NCBI GenBank assembly: GCA_977020255.1
Contig: CDROCS010001054.1
Coordinates: 496,001-560,000 of the forward strand
DNA: 64,000 bases
Direction of reading: 5' to 3'
Source: Obrimoposthia wandeli
Taxonomy: Eukaryota
Of this stretch, positions 20,820 through 33,565 are shown one piece after another; the stretch's first letter is position 1, and each line of letters begins with the position of its first letter. Both the position numbers and the translations under genes were made by a program. The notes under the pieces were generated by a model. That model was not told the origin of the DNA and did no database searches. It was given only the letters and a program-made list of their open reading frames with translations.

Positions 20820-23800
20820 TATTCGGCAATTTCCTGTAAGGACTCTATTTGAATTAAATATATTCCTTGAATCATCTCTATTTCTATTCCACAAATCATT
20901 ATTATTTCTACCTCTCGAATCATCTCTATTTCTACCCCAAAGAATTATCTCTGTTTCCATTACTAAATTCATCTCTTTTCTCAAACTTATTTCTATCTGG
21001 GAACTCATTTTGTCCATTATTCCGATTTTGAAAATTACTTGGTTCTGTCTTATTCACAAACACTTTTGTCTTATTGTTGGGATATTAATTAAAGTAAATA
21101 ATTAATTTTTCTTCAATTTAAATTGACATTTAAATTTTATCTAAAGTGCCCCCAATTAGGGAGAAATACCATTTCAGCCTCCTACGGAGTGGTCCCTTTC
21201 GCCTTGCCAGGCTCGTCAGGAAGGCGGCGAAAAAAGCGGTTGACAAAACAGATTTTTATCACAAAAAATTACTGCCCAGTTGTCTCTCTGCTGTGATCAG
21301 AAAAAGCAGACGAGTCCAAACCGGACTGTCCCGAGGGTCGCCTTTGAAAAATCCCCGGTTGCACGCGTGTGGGCGTGTAGAGCCAGGAATTGCCGGATGA
21401 CATTTCTGTCACTCTCAAAATCCTCTGTCGCGGACTGTTGTTTATTTGCGGCATTCCCTGCCGTTCTTCCCTCAACAACGTGATAGCGGTCACAGTGGTC
21501 AACGGCGACTGCTGCACACCAGATCCCGCTCGGTCTCTCTCTCCCTGCCAACTGCTTAGGCAACGGCACTGACCGACTACCAATTTCGGCCACACTCAGC
21601 GAACATCCCTCTATTAAAAAATTTGCAGAGATCTTGATAATCATCGATTGATTTGTGCTGCCTGTCTATCTGCAGTCTCTGCCAATGCTGACATAGATCG
21701 ACCTCGCCGTGTCAGTGCCAACACACTTTCTCTGTTTGTGTGTGCCCAAATTACCTTTTTTCCCTGCCTCCATGTGGACGACTTATCTCCCTTCATTGAT
21801 TTTCTTCCCTATCTTTCTTATTGGTCGATGACGTTGCTTTATAAAACAACAGTCATTTTACTGGTGATATAAAAAAAATAAAGCGACTGATTATTATTTT
21901 ACAATTGACAACAAGTTTACTTTGGATTTTCAAAATATATTACATTTATGCCTGATTTTGGAACCTTCAAAATATATTACATTTATGCCTGATTTTGGAA
22001 CCTTCAAAATATATTACATTTATGCCTGATTTTGGAACCTTCAAAATATATTACATTTATGCCTGATTTTGGAACCTTCAAAATATATTACATTTATGCC
22101 TGATTTTGGAACCTTCAAAATATATTACATTTATACCTGATTTTGGAACATTAAAATATATTACATTATTATCATCATTTGTCGTCACTGCGTAAATCGC
22201 TAACGCTGCATTATTCTTTATATTCTTCTCAATTTATCTCGCCTTTCACACCAATCATTTGTATCTGATACTGCCAATAACACTTTAATATATTTTTCAG
22301 TCCTCCTCTGAATATATCTAGCAAAACTTCGGTCATGTTGCCTTGATTCCGATTATCTTCTACTAATTGTACATCTCTACGTGTAAGATTTCTCAATATT
22401 TTTCTTGGATGCGCTCGTGCTGCGAAGGTTTCTGTTTTTATTCTCTCAAAATTTGCTTATTCACTTTAGCTAGATCTCCCAATACCAATTTTCCTATAAA
22501 AGAATTTTTCAATGTTTCTCAATTTTCACGTTCCGCTTCTGTCATGTGTACGCGGTCACATTTTTCTCTTTCGATCCATCCTCGAACGTCTGCGCAACTC
22601 GAATATTCTGCGAGGAAGTCACAAATACTTTCTTCATCTACTTTAAACTTTTTGATCTGCAGTGAGCTGTAAATTTGGTATCAACGTCGCATTCAAAACA
22701 TGTGCTAACTGATCCGCATTCATATTACCCACATTCAAAACATGTGCTAACTGATCCGCATTCATATTACCTGCATTATTTTCTGCTGCTGCCATATTCT
22801 CAATTATTTCTTATATATTATTCAAATTAATTTTCTCAATCTCTTCTGGACTGACAACTTCGATATCTCCTTGATTCGCAAATTCAATAATTTCTATATC
22901 TTCGAGGATTACTTCACCAAACAAGTCAGTAAATTCAAAATTGTGGGTTGAAACTGCTGACCGATTGACGTCTCTTTCAGATATGGTTTCTTCAACTCTA
23001 AATTCTTCTATTACTTCTTTATCTGCTCCAGGAACCTGTTCACGTAGGTGGTGGCTTGCAGATCAATTGGTCGATTTTTGGGAAACAATTTATTTACGAA
23101 ACACAACTTAAAATTGTCTAACTACTTTACACAAGTAGGAACGTTCTAACTAACTAGATCACTTACAACACCCAAAATGGAGATGACACTACACAATTCT
23201 AATTTTAGGTGTCAAACAATTTTTTCCTTCACCTCTTCCAATTTGATTATAAACTTTTACACAATTAATTGAAAAATCGATTTTAACTTTTACACAATTA
23301 ATTCACAAAATCGATTATAAGCTTGTATACAATTATTTCACAAAATCTATTGTAAACTTTTACACAATTAATGTATTTATATATAGCCGTTTAAATTTCT
23401 CCCCAGTTCCAATTCTTGATCATTCAAATAATGTGATTCGAGTTCAATTCCGGATTCTCCAAATAATGTGATTCGAGCCCAACTTCACTGATGTCCGCTT
23501 CCGCCTCCAATTCACAACACCGATCATCTTCTCTCTTCGTAGGCCTATTTTGAATTTCTGCTATTCTGATAATTTTCTGCAATAGCCGAGAATTAATTTC
23601 TCTTTATATATCAAATTTTCTCACCTCTCACTTCTCGCGGCCCCTGAAGATGGGAGATGCCGGCTGCGTCTCGAAGTATTCCTGTCTGAGTGCTTCGCGA
23701 CTAATAGGTTCCAGTTCTTCTTGCTTAATTAGTTTTCAACTTCCTTTCCGAAATATACTCATTCTTCCCACTAGATTTTTCTTCATCGACCCCTTCTCAC

Positions 23801-23900
23801 ACTGTTCTACTCATTCCAAACACATTTTCCCACGACCTATTCACGGTTCTAATTTATTTTAATTCGATATTTTATTCTAAAATCAATTTATTTTTAATTT
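20820..23900 (-). mobile_element. Probable LTR-retrotransposon (Gypsy-like) gag/5' relic, interrupted
   Basis: Minus-strand fragments: DFLAEYSSCADVRGWIEREK (capsid-like), a duplicated NMNADQLAHVLN and an R/N/D-rich RNRDDSR segment. No pol was seen. Confidence 0.4.
21929..22168. repeat. 37-bp tandem repeat, ~6.5 copies
   Basis: Unit TTCAAAATATATTACATTTATGCCTGATTTTGGAACC, head to tail with no spacers. Confidence 0.95.
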
Positions 23901-23963
23901 TCTATTTAAATTCATTTCGATCTTTGATTTTAAGGTTAATTTTTTTTAATATAAATAATTATT

Positions 23964-24164
23964 TTATTTAATTTTGCTTAATCTAACATTATCATGAGGA
24001 AGAATGACTCCAGCTATTTTCTTTGTCAAAGGTGTCATTTCAACCCTTTTAAAAGCACATTGCCCTGGAGCATTTGTTATGACAAACAAGGCATCAAGGT
24101 TGTCTTGCTTAAATTGTTCGAAAAAACAGTAAATTGTTTTTGAGTAGCGTGGTAAACCCTCCAT
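23964..24164 (-). pseudogene. Transposase-like fragment, family uncertain
   Basis: LDALFVITNAPGQCAFKRVEMTPLTKKIAGVILPHD resembles a DDE-type (NxVERR-like) region; fragment only. Confidence 0.3.
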
Positions 24165-27100
24165 CAGTAAATATTATCTCTTGAAAGTATGGCATCATAC
24201 TAAATTTTAACGTAAACCCTAATAAAATAACTCATCCATCATATAAAACGCAATTTAACGTTACCTCGAATTACCCACAAACATTACATAATTTATGAAC
24301 AGTTTAAATATATATTATATTATCAGTATAGATCTAGTTTGGCAAAAACTATATTATAATTATTAACTGTAAACTAAATACTTTACAAATGTTCTTTTAA
24401 ATCTTTTTATAAATAAATTTGACTTTAATTTTTAATATTTATTTAAAAATACTTACATTTAATTCTAGTTTTGTTTAATTTTATTAAATATTATCAAATT
24501 GATAACTCATACTTTAATTTTCAATATTTTGCTTTGTAAATAAGTGTATTTATGGACGGTATTCCAGCATCTTTGAAGAAACTTTCAAACGGTAAATTTA
24601 TAATATTTTTTAATAGAATAAATCAATATAGAAAGAGAAAGGTTAATGCTTGAAAAGCAAAAGTTAGAAGTTATAAAAAGTGAAAAGCAGGTAGAATACA
24701 ATAATAGTATGTTTTTATTATAATTTACAATTAATATGTTTAGTTTATGAAATTAGTAGAGAGCTTTATGAAAAGAAAAATGCTTTCAAACGTATATTTT
24801 TTTAAAGTTAAAACATATAATGGATTCCAGAAAAACACCAACTTCTCTTAGGGAAAGTAACTCATCTTGAGAGTAAATCTCAAAAGTTGGTTAATCATAT
24901 ATATTGTACATTTATAAAATATTTTTAATATGAATTAGTTACAATTACTTTTAGTCTATTTAGTCATTTTCAATCTCATTAAATGGTTAACTCATTAGTT
25001 AGATAAACTATTGTAATACATTTTTACTGTACTATTTATATTTATATAATTATTATTAAATGAACACAATTATGTATTAACAACTACTAATAATACTGTA
25101 ATTTAATTGTTTTTTGTAGCTTTTGCTCATTTTAAACATAACTAAGGCCAAATCGATGGATTTTTATAAAGAAAATTGTAGATTCCGATATTATTGGAGA
25201 ATATTTGGATGATTTAATACGAATGTTCAGTGAACCATTTTTGTTAAGCAGAACTGGCGATGTGGAATGAACCATTAAAAAAATTACAGCCTATTACGTT
25301 CTAAGCGATAAAGCTCAAAATTTAGCATTTTAAAACAGCTCAATTTAATTTCTTACACTGCCCAAACCGAAAAGTGGGTCGTTTATAAACAATTAATTGG
25401 TTCATTCCATATTACCAGTTATATTTATCAAAAATGGTTTGCTAGGTATTCGATTAAGAAAGCAAATTATCGTGGCTATCTCAAGTTTACGAATAAGTTG
25501 AGGACGTTACATCCTCAGTACTTCTAATCATTTACATATAATGAGTGTGGATGGCAATTACGCATGTAGACACTTTTGGGAAAAATATTGATGTCATAAA
25601 CGTAAAAAAACAATTTTAATTGATATAGATTTGTATAAAATTTATGTTTACAAAATTGATTTATTGATTTTATTAACTATAGATCATTGTCTGCCTTGTT
25701 GTTTCGCAAGAGCGTAATTTAACTCAGTACTTAACTCATAAAACGAAAGTCTATACTTCCCCATATATATATTATACGATAAACGCTTTCTTTTTGTCTT
25801 GGTTCATTAAACATAATACAGGACTTTCATCTTCAAACTTTGGCATTTATTGCATTATTGTATTTTGTTCATTTACATTTCAACATTCCTTCACTAGAAA
25901 AACCAATAGGAATAATATATGAATCAGCACTTTTATTCTTACAATAAAATTTATTGTTCTTGAAATTAACAATGATGAAATAACAATAAATCAAAGAATG
26001 TTACTTTAAAAGCTAAGAAAAATAAACTTTAAATATTATTATTCACATGCAATAATTAAATTATTTTCTAATATATTAAGGATACAATGAGTGATTAATT
26101 CAACTCGAATAAAATTTTCAATATTAGAGTTATACAAAATTTATACCAAAGTTAGAAATAACGTTTACAATGTTTACATCTTATAGTGAGATATCTCATG
26201 CGTCAAGATCTGATGAAACTGTCGAAATTCTAAACAATTATAGTTATGACAACCCAAAATCTTCTGAAAATGAATTCAGAAAATCTGCTGTTCATGGAAT
26301 CATCAAAGAATATCTGTGCCAGTTCGTCTAAGTTTTGTCTGCCAGTTAATGAGAAATGATTTTGATAGCATATTTCAATTATGAGAATTTAAATGCAATA
26401 AATGCCAAAGTTTGAAGATAAAAGTCCTGTATTATGTTTTTTTATCTTTTTCCATCATAAAGTACATTTTAGGTACCATATATGTAATATATGCATTTTT
26501 AGTTACAAAAATTCGCTGGGTGACTCTTACTATGACTTTATATTTACAAATAATCTAAAAAATCCTATTAATTCTTTAGACTTCAAAAGTTGATAAATAA
26601 CAAAAAGGATTCTATTAAAAGTCGAGAAGTTGATATAAACTTATTAAAGAAAAATATATCAAATGAAAGGTTGATTAATATTTTAAATATAATTTATTTT
26701 TAGAAATGATTATCTTTACAAACTTACTCATATTGCTCAAAAATTTAGTTCATTATATGATTTTGTAATTAGATATATTGATTTTTAATTTTAGTTTATC
26801 GTAGAAAGAATTGACTCCGAGGGATTCATCAATAGATTTGTATGATTATTTGAATATAAAGTTAAATATATTTCTTAAAGTGAAGATTTGTATGGGAGAC
26901 AGGCATATCTAAAGAAATATATTAGCAGTTTTCAAGAATAAATCACAAAATGATGAAAATATTATATTTGTTAATTTGTTAACTGATTTTTTCAATAAAT
27001 AAATTTGTCAGTTTTAAAAAAGATATTTCGATGCCAGATAATTTAAAAAAATTGAATTAGTTTGGTGTTATAAAAGTATGTCTTACAGAAAAAAGAAACT

Positions 27101-28104
27101 TTAAAAACTATTCCAACTGCTAATCACTTTTTATCTTAGATTGGTGTATTTTATTAGTAACGTCAGTTTCAGATTGTTTTCATGTGGTGATTCATTCCAG
27201 TTTTTGTAGAATGTTGAGGATATGAGCTTATATTATGCTATTTATTAATAATTGGAAAGTAAGACAGGGCAAGAAGACTGAGAAATTATGTGCTGAAGAA
27301 TTAGAATTTCTTGAAATAAAACTTATTTAAAGAACAATAAAATTAATATTTTACGATAAAATAACATAATATAAATTGTCGCGTAAAGAAAAGAGATCAA
27401 TCAAACTGCTAAAGTTGAACCCACATTTAGATTTTTCTCAAACCATGTGATCAATTTCACAATTAGTGCACAATTTTAAAGTTCGATTCGAGATGCCCTC
27501 AAAATTTTTAAGAAAAAGATTGGGTAGAGCTATATGACAAACACAATTATTAGGCGGCTGTTCAACATATATTAAACATAATACAACGACAAGTTATGAT
27601 TTCAAAGGTGAGACAAAATATTAGAAAGTCAATGCGTGTTCTGTACCAAGCTTAAAACAGTTTTCATATCTCAAATAATTGCATAATTTCCCAGTTTTCA
27701 TTTTGAAAAACCCTTAAAGGTATTTTAAGAATTGGCGTAGAATTCTTAAGACCATTGTGACCAAGAAAGATATAAAAACAAAACACGACAAAGGATATAT
27801 GTTGGTTTATTTACTTGTTTACAAATGAAAGCTATTCATTTGAAACACCCTTACGTTCTAGACAATTGCGAATTTGAAACGATTTATATGTAGACGAGAT
27901 TTCAGATAATAATATTGTACAAATAAATAGCTACATTTGTATACCTATTAAGAAGACAATAATATGTAGGTCAGACAAAAATTAATTTCAATGCATTTAT
28001 TAAAAATATAAAGCTTATTGGCTTTTAGTACATAAATTTTTATGAGAAAAAACAACATAGAAGACAAGATTAATTTCAATACATTTAATAAAAATATCAA
28101 ATAT

Positions 28105-28562
28105 AAAACACTATATTGTAGAAATAACATGTAATAAATTTATTTAAGTAATAAATATTTAATAATGGTTATTTAGTTCAGTGTAAGTTTGTGAGTTTTT
28201 CTGATATTAATTAGAGAATAATAAAAAGAAAATTCTGATAAAGGTGCTTCCCAATCTCCTTGAAGATTTTTAGGATTTTCCAAATCTATAATAAAGCTAC
28301 TAGCATCCTTATTTGGCTGTCTTTGGACATATGTTATTAGGTAAAACCATATACAAAGATTTCATATTATATTCGATGCTGATATCCAAGTAAGATCTGA
28401 ATAAGCATATCATTTAACAAAGTGTTGTTTATGTTTACCAGTACTCTTAGATTTTAATATTTTGAATAGGGTAAACGTTAAGTTTATTTGATATTACTTG
28501 AAGTTCTTATTCGTAAAATTTACCTTGAATTATATTGTTCTCAACATCTTTCATAGTCTACA
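28105..28562 (-). repeat. Polinton integrase 3'/penton 5' fragment; left arm of an inverted duplication
   Basis: Reverse complement of ~33566-34020 with scattered mismatches. Confidence 0.85.
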
Positions 28563-29466
28563 AGTAGTGTATAGTGTCGGTACTGGTTCGAAGAAACAAA
28601 GCCCTCCCGAGGGCTCTGTTATTTTGATCCAGTAACAACACTATAGGCTTTAAAAATGTCTAAATATAGTCAAAATGTCGTAAAAGTACTCAAAATGGCC
28701 TAAAATGTCTTGAAATTGCGCATACTACCTCAATCTATTTGAGGCAGTATGCACGATTTCAGAAATCAGACAAAATGTTGTCCTGAAATCCTGCATACTA
28801 CCTCAAGACAATAGGTCTTTTTTGTATATTGATATTGGTAGATATTAATAGTCCAAAAATATATATATATATATATTTCAAGATAACACTATCATCATTG
28901 CTATTCCAAATAGCTCAGTTAGTTACAAAATCCCTATACACAAAAGTATTAATATTTCATAATTCTTGTAATTATTAACATTTCAGATCTACCATAGCTC
29001 TCGGCTATTTTATTAAACAAATGAATTAATATTAAGTCAGTATTAACTAATTGCACACCAGGTGCAGTTTATAACTAATCACTTAATCGCATGCCTACTT
29101 TCATTATTCAGCATCAATATCTAACAAGTTAACTTTATAAAACAAAATAAAGTTTATTAATATTATCAGTAAATGCATTAACTATATTAATTTAAACTTT
29201 GAATAAATCTTTGATTAATTGAACATAGATCATATCTTTTATCAAACTTTACTAGCCAAGTAAAACGACCGACCTGTCTATTTATACTTCCATATTTCTT
29301 ACTATTATTACGATCTTTAATTTTCACTAAGATTCTCTCTGCTATTTTAAAATTTTGTGTGACACTTCTACTTTTCGAATAATACTTCTGATAATTACGA
29401 CATGGTGTTTCAATGATCTGAAATGACTGAACTTGTTTTGAGATTGGTACATATGGTGAAGATAAA

Positions 29467-29748
29467 ATGGAAAATATACTTGTTATAAAATCTGTAAATA
29501 AACAGAAATTCTATATAAAACAACCTGAAAAATCAAAAAATCAATTTGGTTTCCTGTATAATCAATCAAACTATAAAAATTACTTTGCATCTGATGATAA
29601 TGGTATTTTAACTGCTCAAATAACCATACATCCTCAAAGTGTATCAACAAAATTTGAATATTATCACATCGAAAATAAAATTATCACTTCAAATATCGTG
29701 TTTGACAACGATTTCAATAGTACAGATTTAACTGCATTAGTTAAATAA
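29467..29748 (+). CDS. Hypothetical 93-aa ORF inside element X (possibly part of the penton region)
   Basis: Open ATG ORF just upstream of the penton C-terminal relic; no recognised motif. Confidence 0.3.
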   Translation: MENILVIKSVNKQKFYIKQPEKSKNQFGFLYNQSNYKNYFASDDNGILTAQITIHPQSVSTKFEYYHIENKIITSNIVFDNDFNSTDLTALVK

Positions 29749-29854
29749 ATTATATCTAAATGTAATCATATTTTTAGCATGTTTTATATTGAAAAGATAA
29801 ATTTATCAAATTCAAGTTAAAATCTAATATCTAAAGTATAATGTTTAATAATCG

Positions 29855-30230
29855 TATGGCATTTGTACTGGGTCTTAATAAAACAGAATTTACAGGTTAC
29901 GGTAAAGTTATACCTCACTTAGTGTATAAGTTTGATCACATGTACCTGTATACTAATTTGATAGAGTATATAAATCTTGGTGGTGTAAAAATACCATTGT
30001 TAAATAAATTTGGTTAGATAAAAACAAAAAATATGGTGATACTGCAAATATTACAATCATATAATATTTTATATAATATATATAATAATATAATAATAAT
30101 CATAATCATATATCTTTCTATAATATCAACATCTATTTCCCATATTGAAGTAAAATATTCGTAATGATAGTGGAATACCGATAAACTTTGCTTACTACAT
30201 TTCCGAAAAGTTATGTATTAACAAGATTAA
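29855..30230 (+). pseudogene. Penton C-terminal relic (element X)
   Basis: MYLYTNLIEYINLGGVKIPLL and SISHIEV..RNDSGIPINF, interrupted by an AT microsatellite at ~30060-30110. Confidence 0.6.
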
Positions 30231-30249
30231 ACAATGTTAATCGTTAATA

Positions 30250-30630
30250 ATGTATCTATTTGATGTGTATAGTACAACCCAAACGGGTGGTGAACTACCT
30301 TACTTTGCTGGAAAACAATAGGGTATAGGTTGGTTGAAAATTTTGGGGCGAATTGCATTTCCTATACTATCCCGTTCAGGATGAATTGGTGCAAAAACAC
30401 TTACAAATGTAGTAATAAACTATAAACCAATTTTGAGTCAACTAAAATCAAATGCAATTAGTGAAGTACCAGGTTTGTTGCCTGAAGCAACAAAAGCTGC
30501 TACTCAACTAATGCCTGCAATAAAGAAAAGTTGAAAACGACCAGCACCATCTGTTGAAATGAAAGAAGAAGTACAGAAAGGTAGTAGTAGTATAAACAAA
30601 CGTAGAAAAATAGGAACCATATTTGAGTAA
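30250..30630 (+). pseudogene. PZ-like core protein (element X), three internal stops
   Basis: MYLFDVYSTTQTGGELPYFAGKQ*GIGWLKILGRIAFPIL...KRRKIGTIFE*, directly upstream of the MCP. Confidence 0.65.
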
Positions 30631-30633
30631 GAA

Positions 30634-32290
30634 ATGGCATGTGCAAAATCTGAACTATGTTTGTTTAATCGTCCACTACCTCAAATTGCTATAGAAAATG
30701 GATGTTTTGAGAATATTTACCCTGTTAATAATATTACCGGTAGTTATATTAATACAATCAAGTTTAATATCTATTCGAGTGAAACAGAATATTTAGATTT
30801 GAATGATTCTCTATTATATTTGAAAATTGAAGTTTTAAAAAATAATGGAACAAACAGTTATATTGCCATGGTGGAAGCAGATAAATTCATACCACCAGTT
30901 TTTTTTGCCATACACTATTTAAAGATATGCGAATTCACTTGAATAATACTCGTATTGAAGTAGGAAATGGTAATTATGCTCACAAGGCTTTGATTGAATG
31001 TATGCTTAATTATAGCAAAGATACGAAAAGTGTTTCATTAGATGCAATTGGTTATGATAGTAATGAGAATGTACGAAAAGGGTGAATTTGAGTTGTGCGG
31101 TTCAATTCGATCTGATTTTCTTGAACAACTTAAATATCTGCTTCCTGGTATGAATTTCGGTATAAAATTGATTATTTTCAATGTAAACATGTCACTAAAA
31201 CAGGTATAACTAATTGTAGAATAAAACTTTTGGATGCTAAAATGAAAGTTAAACGTGTACGAGTTGAATCATCAGTTTTGATGGCTTATACTGTTAGTTT
31301 GGAAACTCAAAATGCGGTTTATCCATTTAGACCAGGGTTTCTCAACGGGGGCCCTTGGGCCCCCTGGGGGGCCACACAATTTGCCAGAGGGGCCACACGA
31401 GTCAAACAAAAATAAAAAATTAACACCCCTGTTTTCACTGGGTTAAACACTTCGATGGCTGCACACGTGTGCCACAAATAAATGTTTGGCATGGAATAAA
31501 AACGGAGTATAGACTTCTAGATACATATGGACGCGACGCGTCAACTTATTGCGTGGGCGTACCACACTAACATTTTTTAAATCTAGTTTTCTCATTGATT
31601 ATCTTTTTGAATGTTTCCATGACAGAATAGTATAATTGAAAACAATACGTATACGATGTAATCTTTTTGTCCATAGTAGAGGGGGGCCACAGCAATTTGC
31701 TGCCAACTAAAGGGGGCCGTGGTGAAAAAAGGTTGAGAAACCCTGATTTAGACGGAGAAAAGTGGTACATTATTCACTACAACATTTTATAAATCACATA
31801 CTTTTGATGATGAGCTATTATCTAAATTAGTTTTTGGTTACATATCAACATTATCTTAAAATGGATGGGTCTAGTGCAACAGAACTTCAGAATTTGATCA
31901 TTGTAATTTTGGTTTAATTTCTCATTGTAGAAACACTGATTTTGTTGAAACATACACTACAAACTTTGAAAAAAATGAATACATATTTGCGTATATTCAA
32001 TCACTGGTTAGAAACATATGATTATTGAATAAGAATATAAACATAGGTATAACATCTGAAGATTTTAAGGAACGTTATCCAGTTTTTACATTTGTATTGG
32101 CCCCCCCATTTTTAGAATCTGAAAGTTATATAGATTTAAATTATGTAAAGAGTTTTATTTAAAAATCAATATTTCTTAAAAATTCATAGGGCTATTCGGT
32201 TTAGACAAGCACCCGTTTTAAAACAATATATAGATTTTAATTCAAACAAGAGGGTAACTAGTGTTAATAAGTTTGAATATGAGTTTTATA
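30634..32290 (+). pseudogene. Major capsid protein (element X), disrupted by a MITE and frameshifts
   Basis: MACAKSELCLF...EYLDLNDSLLYLKIEV...YAHKALIECMLNYS...YPFR|RRKV...YPVFTFVLAP. Confidence 0.88.
31333..31745. mobile_element. hAT-family MITE (413 bp)
   Basis: TIR CAGGGTTTCTCAAC / GTTGAGAAACCCTG; 8-bp TSD ATTTAGAC at 31325-31332 and 31746-31753. Confidence 0.95.
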
Positions 32291-32304
32291 AATGAAAAAA
32301 TATA

Positions 32305-32640
32305 TATATAAATAATTCCGCTTACGGTAAAACGCTTGAGAATCTTGAAAGTGAGTGTACTGATTATAATGAGTGGGTTTTCTTAAAACCAAAATATTAT
32401 TCACTTCAAAATAAATTAAGGGCTAAGGGTATTTCTTTAAAACAAACTAATTTAAGACACAAGACTACCTCAATTGTTATGAAAATAATGAAATTAATAG
32501 TGTTAACCAGTCACGTATAGCATCGGTTAACTATCAGCTTCATACAAAATTTACCTCTAAAGTTGCTTTAAAATGTTTTGATGATAAAAGAAGATGGGTT
32601 CGTAAGAATAAAAACCTTGCTTATGGTCATTTTAGTTTAA
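32305..32640 (+). pseudogene. pPolB C-terminal remnant (element X)
   Basis: NSAYGKTLENL (motif B) is joined by deletion to EWVFLKPKYY...RAKGI...FDDKRRW...LAYGHF*. Confidence 0.85.
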
Positions 32641-33565
32641 CCTAATACTTTTTTTTAAAATAAGTTATATAGTTTTGTTGTTGTTATTTAATGTATATAA
32701 TCATTTGTACACCACATTCATTCATTTGTATATAATAATTCAACTTTTGTGTTTAATCGCTTTATTTATTATATAGGATTAATTTAATTAGTTGAACAAT
32801 TATATTGAAGTTAGGTTTTTATATAATCGAAACACTTTAGTTTTAAAATCATTTCATCATTATAGCATTAAGTACTTTAGACATGTTATGTGGTCTTCGC
32901 ATCAACATTAAAGAAGACATTTTCAAACTCTAAATAATATTTTTCGATATATTGTTCTCTGGAACTTTTCGAAGCAAAGATAGTAGAAAATTTTCATTAC
33001 CATCAAAGTAAGGCTTTATTTTTAAAAAAATTAATAGCTATGAAAACATTCAATACTGCTTAACATAAGACGCCGTATTGTGATCACATGAATATATGAT
33101 CTTTAATTAGTTATTTTTATTATTTAAAAATTTTCAAGGTAAAAGATGCTGCCCGGTCATGCAGGGCTCCGCTTTTAGGAGGCTCTGCAAAAGAGACTTT
33201 GGATACTTAATTTTTGTTTTAAATGACGGGAAATAGCGCGATATTTGAAAAAGTTTTGAAATCGTGAATACTGCGCCAAAAATGGTTTTGCAGTAAAGGC
33301 TACATCCCCAGGGGACCTATTGCCTTGAGGTAGTATGCAGGATTTCAGGACAAATTTTTGTCTTATTTCTGAAACCGCACATACTGCCTCAAATAGATTG
33401 AGGTAGTATGTGCGATTTCAAGACATTTTAGGCCATTTTGAGTACTTTTTACGATTTTTTGACTACATTTAGACATTTTTAAGGCCTACAGTGTTGGTAC
33501 TGGCTCAAAGGAACAGAGCCCCTGAGAGGGCATATTTTGAGCCAGTACCGACACTATACACTACT

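Larger units (their letters stand above)
28563..33565 (+). mobile_element. Polinton-derived element X (5.0 kb), divergent family, ~250-bp TIRs
   Basis: Begins AGTAGTGTATAGTGTCGGTACTGG and ends CCAGTACCGACACTATACACTACT. TIRs are at 28563-28812 and ~33315-33565. Contains penton, PZ-like, MCP and pPolB remnants. Confidence 0.85.

Noticed and set aside
21929-22168. CRISPR array
   Set aside because: Units are contiguous with no unique spacers, there are no cas genes, and the context is eukaryotic.
24500-28100. Coding relics in the AT-rich spacer
   Set aside because: Short interrupted frames with no recognisable motif.
28563-28590. CACTA/EnSpm terminus (CACTA/TAGTG strings)
   Set aside because: The orientation is wrong for CACTA ends. 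The element starts AGTAG and contains Polinton genes.
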